A DNA stretch of 64,000 nt from Bacteroidota bacterium (lineage in GTDB: Bacteria > Bacteroidota > Bacteroidia > Chitinophagales > BACL12): positions 53,741 through 117,740 of the forward strand of contig JAKQVC010000130.1 of assembly GCA_029571985.1 (NCBI GenBank), read 5' to 3'. The position numbers were made by a program, and so were the translations under genes. The first letter of the stretch is position 1, and each line of letters opens with the position of its first letter. Below the pieces are notes generated by a model, which did not search any database, was not told the DNA's origin, and was given only the letters and a program-made list of their open reading frames with translations. This document shows, in pieces, positions 19,046-29,548 of the stretch.

Positions 19046-19491
19046 TTACTTCCACATTCGTACTTCCAATCCCCTTCTCCCCAATTTCTTCAACCATCAT
19101 TAAATATTATTTGACAATCATTTAAGAGCATGGATACATAGTTCTTTCCGGTTTTTTAGTATTGAGGTTCATCTCACTTATTCTCTTTAAAAGTTTCTTG
19201 CAAGTTTTTTGGCAGAATTTTTTCCCCATTTTATATGTTTATTTCAACACCAGGGTGGACATTCGGAGCGCGCCACACATTAATAAAAAATATATGTGAA
19301 CAACCCGACGCCCACGGTACAAGACTCTTTTCATCTTACCCACAGGGGGGTGGAAAAGTGTTACTTGTTTGTAAACAGTTTCATTCCCTACTTTCGTGAA
19401 ACCTCTCGAGAGAACCGGGAGGTTTTTTCGTCAGTACCAGAACCTACTTTCGAAAACCCATTTCATACAAACCAAAACGACTTTAACCAGC

Positions 19492-22400
19492 ATGGCCAGC
19501 AAAAAGAAACCAACAACGGGCGGCTTATCATTCCCGCGCTACTTCACCCGGGATGGTGTAAATCCGTACGACCAGTTCGAATATGAACTGCGCTCATCTG
19601 TTATCCGCAACACTACCGGTGATGCAGTATTTGAAATGCACAATGTAGAAGTGCCTAAAGACTGGAGCCAGGTAGCAACCGATATCCTCGCACAAAAATA
19701 TTTCCGCAAGGCAGGCGTGCCTCAACCGGATGGCTCAACAGGTAGCGAAACCTCTATTAAGCAGGTTGCGCATCGCCTGGCCGATTGCTGGCGCCAATGG
19801 GGCGAACAATATGGCTATTTTGCAACAACACAGGATGCCCAAATCTTCTATGAGGAATTGGCTTATATGATCCTCGCGCAAATGGCTGCACCAAACTCAC
19901 CACAATGGTTTAATACTGGTTTATTTACCGCATACGGAATTAAAGGAAAACCACAGGGTCACTATTTTGTGGATCCGGATTCCGGAGAATTGAAAAAATC
20001 AACGTCAGCTTACGAGCGCCCTCAGCCACATGCTTGTTTCATTTTAAGCGTGGATGATGATTTGGTGAACAGTGGTGGTATCATGGACCTCTGGACACGC
20101 GAAGCCCGTATCTTTAAATATGGTTCCGGTGTGGGTACGAATTATTCAAAAATTCGTGGTGAAGGTGAAAAATTATCCGGCGGTGGAACCTCTTCTGGCT
20201 TGTTGAGTTTCCTCAAAATTGGTGACGCTGCTGCAGGTGCTATTAAATCAGGTGGAACTACTCGTCGCGCAGCTAAAATGGTTTGTCTCGACCTCGATCA
20301 CCCTGAAATTGAATCGTTTGTTGAATGGAAAGTAAAAGAAGAAGATAAAGTTGCTGCTTTAATTGCTGCAGGTTATTCTTCTGATTATGAAGGTGAAGCA
20401 TATCGTACCGTTGCCGGTCAGAATTCAAATAATTCTGTACGCATTCCAAATACATTCTTTAAAGCACTTGAGCAGGAAGGTGATTGGGAATTAATCGGAC
20501 GCACAAACGGTAAAGTATTTAAAACAGTTTCTGCACGTAAACTCTGGGAAAAAATTGCCTACGCAGCATGGCGTTGTGCCGACCCGGGCGTGCAATTTGA
20601 TACAACTATTAACGAGTGGCATACTTGTCCTAAATCAGGACGCATCAATGCATCTAACCCATGCAGCGAATATATGTTCCTCGATAATACAGCATGTAAC
20701 CTCGCTTCTATCAACCTGCGTAAATTCTACGATGATGATAAACTCGTATTTAACGTAGAAGCATTTGAACATGCTTGTCGCTTGTGGACAGTTGTGTTGG
20801 AAATTTCTGTGTTGATGGCGCAGTTTCCAAGTCCTGAGGTTGCGCAACTTTCTTATGAGTTCCGCACGCTCGGTTTAGGATTTGCAAACCTCGGCTCATT
20901 ATTGATGGTGAGTGGTATACCTTATGATAGTGATAAAGCCCGCGCTATTGCCGGTTCTATTTCCGCTATCATGACCGGTATCTCTTATAAAACATCTGCC
21001 GAAATGGCTCGTGCACTCGGACCATTTAAAGGTTATGCATTAAATAAAGAAGATATGATGCGTGTTATGCGTAACCATCGCTACGCTGCATACAATGCTT
21101 CCGAGAATTATGAAAACCTTGAAATTAAACCAATGGGTATCGATCAGGCATTATGTCCTGAGTACTTATTGAAAGCGGCATGCGATGCCTGGGATGAAGC
21201 CTTACAATTAGGTGATACTTATGGATATCGCAACGCACAGGCAACTGTAATTGCACCAACCGGTACCATCGGTTTATTAATGGATTGCGATACCACAGGT
21301 GTTGAACCGGATTTCGCTTTAGTGAAATTCAAAAAATTATCCGGCGGTGGTTACTTTAAAATTATTAACCAGTCAATTCCGCTTGCATTAAAAAATCTCG
21401 GCTACAAAGATGAAAGCATCGAGTCGATTGTAAATTATGCAAAAGGAACCGGTACATTAAAAGATGCTCCTTATATCAACTACGAAACACTCATGCTCAA
21501 AGGATTTACTGAGCAGGAAGTGTTGCATGTAGATAAAGTAATGAGTTCTGCATTCGAAATCAGTTTTGTATTTAATGTATTTACATTGGGTGCCGAAACA
21601 CTCGAACGTTTAGGATTCAGTGCTGAACATTATAGCGAACCCGGATTTAATTTATTGCGCGCATTAGGCTTCACAAAAGAAGAAATTGAAGCGGCCAATG
21701 ATCATATCTGCGGAACCATGACCATCGAAGGTGCTCCAGCCCTTCAGGAAAAACATTATAATGTATTTGATTGCGCAAACAAATGCGGAAAAATTGGTGA
21801 GCGTTACATTCATCAGCATGGTCACGTGCGTATGATGGGTGCCGTTCAGCCTTTTATCAGCGGCGCGATTTCAAAAACAATTAACCTGCCTCACGAAGCA
21901 ACCGTTGAAGAAATGGAAGATTGCTATATGCTGAGCTGGCAATTAGGTTTGAAAGCAAATGCGTTATATCGCGATGGTTCTAAATTATCGCAACCACTTT
22001 CTACCAAAAGCGATAGCAAAGAAGGTGTTGATGAAAAAGTAAAACACGAATGGACCAGCGAAGAAGTGTTGGAAGCTGCACGTAATATTATCATGCAATC
22101 TACCGACACGATTTTCAAACGTCAGTTAAGTCGCGTGGTTGAACGCAAGAAATTGCCGGCTAAACGCGATGGATTTACACAAAAATCTAAAATTGGTGGT
22201 CAAACCATATTTGTGCGCACCGGTGAATATGAAGATGGCACGTTAGGTGAAATCTTTATCGATATGCACAAAGAAGGTGCTTCTTATCGCTCGTTGCTCA
22301 ACTGTTTTGCTATTGCAGTTTCAATCGGCTTGCAATATGGTGTGCCGCTGGAAGAATTTACAGATAAGTTTACCTTCACACGCTTCGAACCAAGCGGTCC

Positions 22401-22785
22401 GGTTGATCACGCAAATATTAAATTCAGTACGTCTATTGTCGACTATGTGTTCCGACTCCTGGCGTTTGAATATTTGAACCGCACAGATTTAGTGCATGTG
22501 GCACCGGAAGATATCAGCATGTTTGAAAAATCAACACAAGATATCTCAACCGAAACGACAGGTAATTATCCCGTTGGTGAGCCGATTGCAGAACGCCCTG
22601 CGAAATCAGACGCTGCAACACGCAAAGCATCAGCCGAAAAATATAAAATGGCCAGTGCACAAGATGCTGCAAACCAATCGTTAATGGGTGATGCGCCTCC
22701 ATGTCCTAAATGTGGTCACACCACCATCCGCAACGGCACTTGCTACAAATGTTTGAATTGTGGCGAAAGTCTCGGATGCAGTTGA
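19492..22785 (+). CDS. nrdJ: Class II (adenosylcobalamin-dependent) ribonucleoside-diphosphate reductase
   Basis: 'AAPNSPQWFN', 'QPHACFI', 'ASNPCSEY', 'NTACNLAS', 'IAPTGTIG', TSCPD domain and C-terminal CxxC...CxxC...GCS. Confidence 0.95.
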   Translation: MASKKKPTTGGLSFPRYFTRDGVNPYDQFEYELRSSVIRNTTGDAVFEMHNVEVPKDWSQVATDILAQKYFRKAGVPQPDGSTGSETSIKQVAHRLADCWRQWGEQYGYFATTQDAQIFYEELAYMILAQMAAPNSPQWFNTGLFTAYGIKGKPQGHYFVDPDSGELKKSTSAYERPQPHACFILSVDDDLVNSGGIMDLWTREARIFKYGSGVGTNYSKIRGEGEKLSGGGTSSGLLSFLKIGDAAAGAIKSGGTTRRAAKMVCLDLDHPEIESFVEWKVKEEDKVAALIAAGYSSDYEGEAYRTVAGQNSNNSVRIPNTFFKALEQEGDWELIGRTNGKVFKTVSARKLWEKIAYAAWRCADPGVQFDTTINEWHTCPKSGRINASNPCSEYMFLDNTACNLASINLRKFYDDDKLVFNVEAFEHACRLWTVVLEISVLMAQFPSPEVAQLSYEFRTLGLGFANLGSLLMVSGIPYDSDKARAIAGSISAIMTGISYKTSAEMARALGPFKGYALNKEDMMRVMRNHRYAAYNASENYENLEIKPMGIDQALCPEYLLKAACDAWDEALQLGDTYGYRNAQATVIAPTGTIGLLMDCDTTGVEPDFALVKFKKLSGGGYFKIINQSIPLALKNLGYKDESIESIVNYAKGTGTLKDAPYINYETLMLKGFTEQEVLHVDKVMSSAFEISFVFNVFTLGAETLERLGFSAEHYSEPGFNLLRALGFTKEEIEAANDHICGTMTIEGAPALQEKHYNVFDCANKCGKIGERYIHQHGHVRMMGAVQPFISGAISKTINLPHEATVEEMEDCYMLSWQLGLKANALYRDGSKLSQPLSTKSDSKEGVDEKVKHEWTSEEVLEAARNIIMQSTDTIFKRQLSRVVERKKLPAKRDGFTQKSKIGGQTIFVRTGEYEDGTLGEIFIDMHKEGASYRSLLNCFAIAVSIGLQYGVPLEEFTDKFTFTRFEPSGPVDHANIKFSTSIVDYVFRLLAFEYLNRTDLVHVAPEDISMFEKSTQDISTETTGNYPVGEPIAERPAKSDAATRKASAEKYKMASAQDAANQSLMGDAPPCPKCGHTTIRNGTCYKCLNCGESLGCS

Positions 22786-22807
22786 TGAAATGTCAATGAG
22801 AAAAAAT

Positions 22808-22842
22808 AAAAAAACCGCTTCACATGAGGCGGTTTTTTATTT
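22808..22842. terminator. Bidirectional intrinsic terminator
   Basis: aaaaaaccgcttca-ca-tgaggcggtttttt. Confidence 0.85.
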
Positions 22843-22915
22843 CATGTATGACGTGTAAAATCAACTATGTGCCTGTAAGAAAATTAAAATGCAGGTGTAG
22901 GGAGAATGACCAGCG

Positions 22916-23404
22916 TTAGTGCCTGGCCGTGTCTGCTGCAACGCCGGGAATAAAAACAGTAGCCTGCTCTGCCTCAATCACCTGTTTCGTTAAGGCTTCC
23001 GCAGTAGCTGTTGGTTTACTGTAAGTAAAATCGATACGCCACTTTTCAGCTTCTTTAATAAGGAGAGTTTCCATTGTTGAGTCGTCAACAGAACTCCATA
23101 CATACACAAAAGCAGAATCTCCCTGCATGCGTGTTTGCGCATACTCAACTTTGAATTCAAATTCTTTCTCCCGGCCATCCGCTAATAAACCTAATGCACC
23201 TTCAATGTATTTAAAATCCGCATGCAATTTCGTGCGACTGGCGTTTGTTACCAATAATTCGGCTTTTTCTAAATTGTGATCGTTGTAGAGGTGTTCGAAA
23301 AATTGCAGTGCCACATCTTCAGGAGTGGGTTCGGGTTTGCATGCAGGTACCAAGGGCAAAAGCAGTGCGAATACTAAAAGATGGCGTTGAAGGAGAACGC
23401 GCAT
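22916..23404 (-). CDS. DUF4878-like lipoprotein
   Basis: Lipobox 'VPAC', 'PEDVALQFFEHL', 'LIKEAEKWRID'. Confidence 0.65.
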   Translation of the reverse strand: MRVLLQRHLLVFALLLPLVPACKPEPTPEDVALQFFEHLYNDHNLEKAELLVTNASRTKLHADFKYIEGALGLLADGREKEFEFKVEYAQTRMQGDSAFVYVWSSVDDSTMETLLIKEAEKWRIDFTYSKPTATAEALTKQVIEAEQATVFIPGVAADTARH

Positions 23405-23577
23405 GAGTTTGGGTTGTTGACACAAAATAAGAGAAAGATTATGGGTTCTGTTAAATAATACGGTCATTTTAGTAATCTTTAACAGTTTACCCGTATAACC
23501 AGCCAACATCAGGCAGTATCCGTAACCTGGAGCAGCAGGTAGTCGGGCTGAAACAAAACACGTAATTTTACGGATTC

Positions 23578-24699
23578 ATGAGTATAGACCCGAATATACC
23601 CATACGGAAACGTGCCGTGCATTTCGACCTGGTCAGGTTTATTGCCACTTTTGCAGTTGTACAGTTACATATCGCCACCCCCTGGCTGTGGCGCGAGTCG
23701 GATACGGAATCCGGATTTTGGATAGTATGCCTCCTTTTTGATACCATTGGCAGGGCAGGGGTGCCCATTTTTTTAATGATTAGCGGCGCCTTGCTGCTCA
23801 GTCATGATGAGCCCTATGGCAAATTTTTCAAAAAACGCTTTACCCGAGTTTTTATTCCCTTGTTTTTCTGGACGCTCGTGTATGAAGTGCATATGGTATT
23901 TCAACATTTCTTTCATCAGGAAGGCACGGCTTACACGTCTATATGGCCATATCTCCGCGATACTTCGGCCTGGTGGAGTGTGATTAAAAACCCAATGGCA
24001 GGCGCCGTGTATGATCATCTTTGGTTTCTGTACATGATTATTGGTATGTATCTGGTAACGCCCTTATTGCGCAAGTTGGTGCCGGTATTAAACAGAACAG
24101 ATCAATGGTATTTATTAGCGCTTTGGGTTTTTGCAGATATTCTATTACCGCTCGCTTATAATTATTGGGATTTTTCGCTCGGTTTTAATATTCCGATTGT
24201 AACACCTTATTTAGGATTTTACATGATGGGTTATTACCTGATGCACTATCAATTCTCCGCCAAACAAATTCGCAACACCTGGATAATTTTTATTGCCAGT
24301 TATATCGTGAACGTCATCATTACATGGTACGATAGTACAGTGCATGGTCAAATGCAGGTATTCTGGTTATCGCATCATCGTCCCGGTGTATTTATCATGG
24401 CTGCTTCTGCATTTATATTATTAGAGCATTATGCCATGCAGGCCTTCCACAATTTTTCAGAAAAGAAATACAAGCTCCTCGCTTATATGGGCGGAACTAC
24501 ATTTGGTATTTATTTACTGCACCCATTAATTATCGAAGCCTTTGAGGGCATATTTATGGGCGCATTCGGCATCTACGGTCCGGCAATGCACACAGTTCCA
24601 TTTATCACCATTCCAATAGCAGCTATCCTGGTAACAGCGATAACGATGGGGATTGTTACTTTAATGCAACGTATACCAGTTCTCAAGAAATTTGTCTGA
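23578..24699 (+). CDS. Acyltransferase family 3 (surface polysaccharide O-acyltransferase-like)
   Basis: 'DLVRFIA...VVQLH', 'GVPIFLMISGALLL', 'KRFTRVFIP', 'HLWFLY', 'TFGIYLLH'. Confidence 0.9.
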   Translation: MSIDPNIPIRKRAVHFDLVRFIATFAVVQLHIATPWLWRESDTESGFWIVCLLFDTIGRAGVPIFLMISGALLLSHDEPYGKFFKKRFTRVFIPLFFWTLVYEVHMVFQHFFHQEGTAYTSIWPYLRDTSAWWSVIKNPMAGAVYDHLWFLYMIIGMYLVTPLLRKLVPVLNRTDQWYLLALWVFADILLPLAYNYWDFSLGFNIPIVTPYLGFYMMGYYLMHYQFSAKQIRNTWIIFIASYIVNVIITWYDSTVHGQMQVFWLSHHRPGVFIMAASAFILLEHYAMQAFHNFSEKKYKLLAYMGGTTFGIYLLHPLIIEAFEGIFMGAFGIYGPAMHTVPFITIPIAAILVTAITMGIVTLMQRIPVLKKFV

Positions 24700-24713
24700 A
24701 AAGCGAAAGAAAA

Positions 24714-24943
24714 AATTAGCCGATTAGCCGATGTGCCGATTAGCCGATGAATGCAGAATTGATCGATAGCCGACGCAGCGTAGCGGAGTCCCGAGTACTC
24801 GGGATGGGAAATGCAAGTGTGTCCGCCGTACGGCGGATTTGTGTGTGGGAGTGTGGAAATGAAATGCCGGAAAAATTAGCCGATTAGCCGATGTGCCGAT
24901 TAGCCGATGAATGCAGAATTGATCGATAGCCGACGCAGCGTAG
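24714..24943. repeat. Reverse-complement copy of the 18.7-19.0 kb CCCGAGTACTCGGG/ATCGGCTA repeat module
   Basis: gccgatgaatgcagaattgatcgatagccgacgcagcgtagc occurs twice; tcccgagtactcgggat and tccgccgtacggcgga are present. Confidence 0.85.
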
Positions 24944-24951
24944 CCCACTAA

Positions 24952-25022
24952 CAGCCCCATCGGGGCGACACACCCACTAACTAGCCAGCAGTGCCCAAAA
25001 CAAGCCCCATCGGGGCGACACA
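24952..25022. repeat. Two REP-like hairpins agccccatcggggcgacaca
   Basis: Direct copies at ~24953 and ~25003. Confidence 0.7.
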
Positions 25023-25080
25023 ACGGCCCATCCACGAAGCCCCAACACCATACTTAGTAACAACTCAAAAAAAGTACTCA

Positions 25081-25374
25081 CCCCTGAAGTAGAAATTTTC
25101 CTCCGCTGCGCTACGTAAAATTTCACTTCGGGGCAGGCCCTCACCACTCACCCCGGAAGTAGAAATTTTCCTCCGCTTTGCTGCGTAAAATTTCACTTCG
25201 GGGCAGGCCTTCACCACTCACCCCGGAAGTAGAAATTTTCCTCCGCTGCGCTACGTAAAATTTCACTTCAGGGCAGGCCCACACCACTTATTACTCACCA
25301 CTCACCCCTGAAGTAGAAATTTTCCTCCGCTTTGCTGCGTAAAATTTCACTTCAGGGCAGGCCCTCACCACTCA
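25081..25374. repeat. Tandem array of four 70-bp hairpin-containing units
   Basis: Units start at 25081, 25151, 25221, 25305: ccc(t/g)gaagtagaaattttcctccgct..gct.cgtaaaatttcacttc(g/a)gggcaggc joined by CACCACT heptamers. Confidence 0.9.
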
Positions 25375-25392
25375 CTCCTCACCACTCACCAT

Positions 25393-26742
25393 TCACGAAA
25401 GAGGTTTTGTAGTTGTTGCTTGAATATCTCCTTCTTCATGCACATATAAAACTGATATCGCAGCGCAGAACATAAATACACCACTCATAATAATCGCATA
25501 AATTGCATTATCATTATAAATCGCATGCACAATTGGTCCGCCTAAGATTCCGTTTATGATTTGCGGGAAGGTGATGAAGAAATTAAAAATACCCATATAC
25601 ACACCCATCTTTCCTGCAGGAATACTGCCGGCTAAAATTGCATAAGGCATAGCCAGAATACTTGCCCATGCAATACCCACTCCGATCATGCTGAATAACA
25701 AGCCTTCAGGACTTTTCGCAAAAAACATGGATATCAATCCCACACCACCACAGATCAATGAAAATGCATGTGTCGATTTTCTTCCGAATTTTTTTGCAAT
25801 AGAAGGAAGAAAAATAGCATACACCGCACTGATGGCATTATACGCACCGAAAATAATCCCTACCCAGTTTCCTGCTTTGCGATACGTGTCGCTGGAGGTA
25901 TCATCGATAGGTAAATGATAAATATGATGAGCAATAGCAGGCGTGGTAAATACCCACATACCAAACAAAGCAAACCAGCTAAAGAACTGCACTAATCCCA
26001 GTTGTCGCATCGTGCGGGGCATGCGATTAAAATCACGAAAAATTTCAGATAGGCCTGTTTTATGTTTCGATGGTTTGCCATGATATAAAGCATACGTATC
26101 AGGTGGATATTCTTTCGCAAAAAATATCGTCACCAGAATGGCACCTAAGAAAACAACAGCGCCAATGTAAAAAGAGAAGATTACGTTATCCGCAACTTCA
26201 CCAGCAGGTGCTGAGGCTGATACACCCATCCATTCGTTTAAAATAAAAGGTAAAAACGATCCTACAACAGCACCAATACCAATGAGAAATGTTTGTATGG
26301 AAAAACCGAGTGTGCGTTGTTTATCAGGTAAATTATCAGCCACTAATGCACGGAAAGGCTCCATGGCAACGTTAATACTGGCATCCATAATCATCAGAAA
26401 CCCGGCCCCAATAAACAGGGCACTTTTGCCGGCTACGAATGCCGCTGAGTTAGGCAGAGCAATTAAGGCGATACAGCAAATCAATGTACCAATCAGAAAG
26501 TAAGGTTTTCTTCGTCCCATGCGGGTCCATGTTTGATCGCTATAATGACCAATGATGGGTTGGATAATCATGCCCGTCAACGGAGCAACCAGCCAAAACC
26601 AGCTTAAATGCTTTACATCCGCCCCAAAGTTTTGCAAAATTGCTGAGGCATTGCTGTTTTGTAGGGCGAATCCAAATTGGATACCTAAAAATCCAAAACT
26701 CATGTTCCAGATTTGCCAAAAGCTCATACGAGGTTTTTCCAT
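25393..26742 (-). CDS. SLC45/MalT-like sugar (maltose) MFS transporter
   Basis: 'WQIWNMSFGFLGIQFGFALQ', 'GRRKPY', 'DASINVAMEPFRA', 'MGVYMGIFNFFI'. Confidence 0.88.
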   Translation of the reverse strand: MEKPRMSFWQIWNMSFGFLGIQFGFALQNSNASAILQNFGADVKHLSWFWLVAPLTGMIIQPIIGHYSDQTWTRMGRRKPYFLIGTLICCIALIALPNSAAFVAGKSALFIGAGFLMIMDASINVAMEPFRALVADNLPDKQRTLGFSIQTFLIGIGAVVGSFLPFILNEWMGVSASAPAGEVADNVIFSFYIGAVVFLGAILVTIFFAKEYPPDTYALYHGKPSKHKTGLSEIFRDFNRMPRTMRQLGLVQFFSWFALFGMWVFTTPAIAHHIYHLPIDDTSSDTYRKAGNWVGIIFGAYNAISAVYAIFLPSIAKKFGRKSTHAFSLICGGVGLISMFFAKSPEGLLFSMIGVGIAWASILAMPYAILAGSIPAGKMGVYMGIFNFFITFPQIINGILGGPIVHAIYNDNAIYAIIMSGVFMFCAAISVLYVHEEGDIQATTTKPLS

Positions 26743-26837
26743 AGTCGATTACGTCAATTCGAGGGCAATTTAATACTTTTATGAGATTGAATTTTAACCA
26801 TCCGACCGAAGCGCATCCGTTTAATTAAATCTTCTAC

Positions 26838-28154
26838 ATGCTCAATATTCAAAAACGACTCAGTAATGCTTTCTATCTGATTTTAGGTATGCCGGCAACA
26901 GCCATGGGCTTCGCCTTATGTGTACAAATCAGCGCACTCAGCTGGATTCTGTCTACAAAGTATGACCTCAAAATTGAAGAAATCGGTATTGTGTGGGCAA
27001 GCGGACCATTAGCGGGACTTATCATGCAGTTGCTCGTTGGGTTACTATCAGATAATACCTGGTTTTGGGGAGGCAGACGCAGACCGTTTATTTTAATAGG
27101 TGGCACCATTGCAGCACTTATGCTTTTGTGTTTACCAAACCTCGATAATATCCAAAAGTTGTTCGGTGCCGATAGTCTTGTGCCGGTTGCTTTGGCTGTT
27201 GCGATGACGCTCGACCTCGCCATTAATCTGGGATTTAATCCTACACGCAGTATCATCACCGATGTAACACCCGATGGCAAAGCGCGAACAAAGGGATATA
27301 CCTATATGCAGACTATTTCCGGCACCATGGGCGTACTGGCCTATTTTATCGGAGCCTGGTTTAATAATTATACATTGATTTATGTAGGGGTGTTTATTGT
27401 TTTGGCATTTAGTATCATTCCGGTTTTCTTTATTGAAGAACCTAAAACATTACAGGCAGATACAACAGATGCAGAAATAAATGCTTTAGACGTTACAGCA
27501 CATACACAAAAGGCAGAAATAAATGAATTGATTAAAATATATCTGGCAAATGCATTTTCGTGGATTGGCGTGCAAACCATGTTTGTTTTTATGTTTGCTT
27601 ATGCTGTTCAGATATTATTTCATACAAATGATTCTTCCACACTTACCGATGCCCAAAATGATGAAACCGGAAAGATTATTAATTATTCTTTTTTAATCCT
27701 GAATGCAGTGGGTGCTATTTTTCCTGCTTTTGTTTTAGAACCACTGACCAAGAAATTCGGTCGCATCAATGTACAATCTACAGCCATCCTAATTATGAGT
27801 GTTGGGTATGCCTGCATCGTGTTTTTTGGTAAAAATGTGGTGTCCTTATATATGTGCATGGCCATTTGCGGCATCGGCTGGGCAGCTATTGTCAGCCTCC
27901 CGTTTGCCATCATGAGCGAAAAAGTAAATAAGCAACGTATGGGTTTATTTATGGGCATATTTAATATGAGTATAGTAATTCCGCAGCTGTTGGTGAGTTT
28001 GCTCATCGCACAATTTATCAGCGATGCTGAAAATAAAAATATCATTTTTGAAATCAGTGCCGCAAGTTTATTTATCAGCTTTCTGTTTTGGCGTTGGGTA
28101 AAGGAACCAAAACAAAAATCTGATTCTGCTCAAATTCCTCACGCATCACATTAA
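26838..28154 (+). CDS. SLC45/MalT-like sugar MFS transporter (divergent paralog)
   Basis: 'GGRRRPFI', 'DLAINLGFNPTRS', 'MGLFMGIFNMSIVIPQ'. Confidence 0.82.
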   Translation: MLNIQKRLSNAFYLILGMPATAMGFALCVQISALSWILSTKYDLKIEEIGIVWASGPLAGLIMQLLVGLLSDNTWFWGGRRRPFILIGGTIAALMLLCLPNLDNIQKLFGADSLVPVALAVAMTLDLAINLGFNPTRSIITDVTPDGKARTKGYTYMQTISGTMGVLAYFIGAWFNNYTLIYVGVFIVLAFSIIPVFFIEEPKTLQADTTDAEINALDVTAHTQKAEINELIKIYLANAFSWIGVQTMFVFMFAYAVQILFHTNDSSTLTDAQNDETGKIINYSFLILNAVGAIFPAFVLEPLTKKFGRINVQSTAILIMSVGYACIVFFGKNVVSLYMCMAICGIGWAAIVSLPFAIMSEKVNKQRMGLFMGIFNMSIVIPQLLVSLLIAQFISDAENKNIIFEISAASLFISFLFWRWVKEPKQKSDSAQIPHASH

Positions 28155-28161
28155 TCCTGTT

Positions 28162-28788
28162 ATGCAAGCTAAATGGTTATTGTTTTATCTGGTGTTCGCT
28201 TCAAGCCGGTTATTTGGTCAGGATGCACCGAAGGCAATTAAGTATGAATTCTTTTCACCTGTAACCGGATGTTTGGGTTTTTCATTGGAACAATCAAAAA
28301 CGAATTTTATTTCAATGGATTATGAACTCGGATTTATCGGCGTAAAATTGGGTGATTATTTTGCTGACGAAGCATTTTATGGTGGATATGCCTCTATCGG
28401 ACCACGGCTGTATATGGACAAGGACGAAACACCCTTTAATAATTTGCGTGGTTCTTATCTGAAACCTGCGCTTTTAGTTAATGCCTTTTATTATAAAAAT
28501 CAGGACACCTATATTGCCCAAAACGGATTGCCATTAACAGATCAATTAGATGGCATGGATGTCACGATAAATTTACTGTTGGTAGTCGGTGCACAGGAAA
28601 TTATTTATGACATTGCATCAGTTGAGTTGTGGCTTGGCTTAGGGTATGGTGGAGGTTGGCGTACTGTAAATTCGAAGTACAGGCCAGGCCTGGAAGCCGA
28701 GAACCCTTCATTTAAATATAGTTATAACCGAATTGGCCAGTCTCCGCTGATTTTTGATATCGGGCTCAATCTGGGCTTAGTATATTAG
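28162..28788 (+). CDS. Putative small outer-membrane beta-barrel protein (paralog of the next gene)
   Basis: Signal peptide, alternating beta-strand pattern, C-terminal aromatic residue (GLVY). Confidence 0.6.
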   Translation: MQAKWLLFYLVFASSRLFGQDAPKAIKYEFFSPVTGCLGFSLEQSKTNFISMDYELGFIGVKLGDYFADEAFYGGYASIGPRLYMDKDETPFNNLRGSYLKPALLVNAFYYKNQDTYIAQNGLPLTDQLDGMDVTINLLLVVGAQEIIYDIASVELWLGLGYGGGWRTVNSKYRPGLEAENPSFKYSYNRIGQSPLIFDIGLNLGLVY

Positions 28789-28909
28789 CCGAAATGCCTT
28801 GCCGGGTTGCAATAGCCTCATCTGCAACGAGGTCAAATTTGTTGCACAAGGGTGACCTAAGTATGCTTATTATTGCTTTTTTTTAAACTACATTTGTAAA
28901 AACGAGGCT

Positions 28910-29548
28910 ATGAAAACAACACTTACCGCATGCTTCATTTGTATGCTGAGTATCTCATCTCTGTTTGCGCAAACAGATGAAAAATCTTTAAAGTATGATT
29001 TTTTCACACCAGTTGGCGGATGTATGGGTTTTTCTTTAGAAAAGCCTAAAAATGATTTCATATCGTACGATTATGATTTGGGTATGATTGGTTTACGGTT
29101 GGGCGACTATTTTGATTACGATGCGTTTTTTGGCGGTTATGCAGCTTTTGGACCACGCATGTATTTTAAGCGTGATGATGCTGCACAGAATGATATGAGA
29201 GGTTTGTATTTTAAGCCCATCCTCATGTTGAATTATTTTGTTTGGTCCGACAGTTCTACCTATTACGATTATCTGACAGGCGCTTACTTTGCAGATGAAG
29301 TGAGCGGCACTGATTTTACAATCAACCTCTTAGCCTCAATGGGCTCACAATGGATATTATCCGATTTGATTGTGTTTGATCTTTGGTTCGGTCTCGGTTA
29401 TGGTGGTGGATGGAATACTTATGAATCTGACCTGATTCCGGAATCCTATTTCGGCACGGTTGACAGGCCCTTTAAATACAGTTATACCCGCTTTGGGTAT
29501 TCACCCCTCATTTTCGACGGGGGATTGTCGATTGGATTTAAGTTTTAA
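28910..29548 (+). CDS. Putative small outer-membrane beta-barrel protein
   Basis: Signal peptide; 'KYDFFTPVGGCMGFSLE' and 'GLGYGGGW' shared with the previous gene; ends GFKF. Confidence 0.62.
   Translation: MKTTLTACFICMLSISSLFAQTDEKSLKYDFFTPVGGCMGFSLEKPKNDFISYDYDLGMIGLRLGDYFDYDAFFGGYAAFGPRMYFKRDDAAQNDMRGLYFKPILMLNYFVWSDSSTYYDYLTGAYFADEVSGTDFTINLLASMGSQWILSDLIVFDLWFGLGYGGGWNTYESDLIPESYFGTVDRPFKYSYTRFGYSPLIFDGGLSIGFKF

Noticed and set aside
19060-19490. Cobalamin riboswitch or NrdR boxes upstream of nrdJ
   Set aside because: No B12-box core motifs and no convincing tandem NrdR boxes were seen by eye; an Infernal search would be decisive.
19492-22785. Intein or intron in nrdJ
   Set aside because: Catalytic motifs are contiguous, and no intein splice-junction or LAGLIDADG motifs are evident.
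25081-25374. CRISPR array
   Set aside because: Units are 70-bp near-identical tandem repeats with no unique spacers, and no cas genes are in the window.
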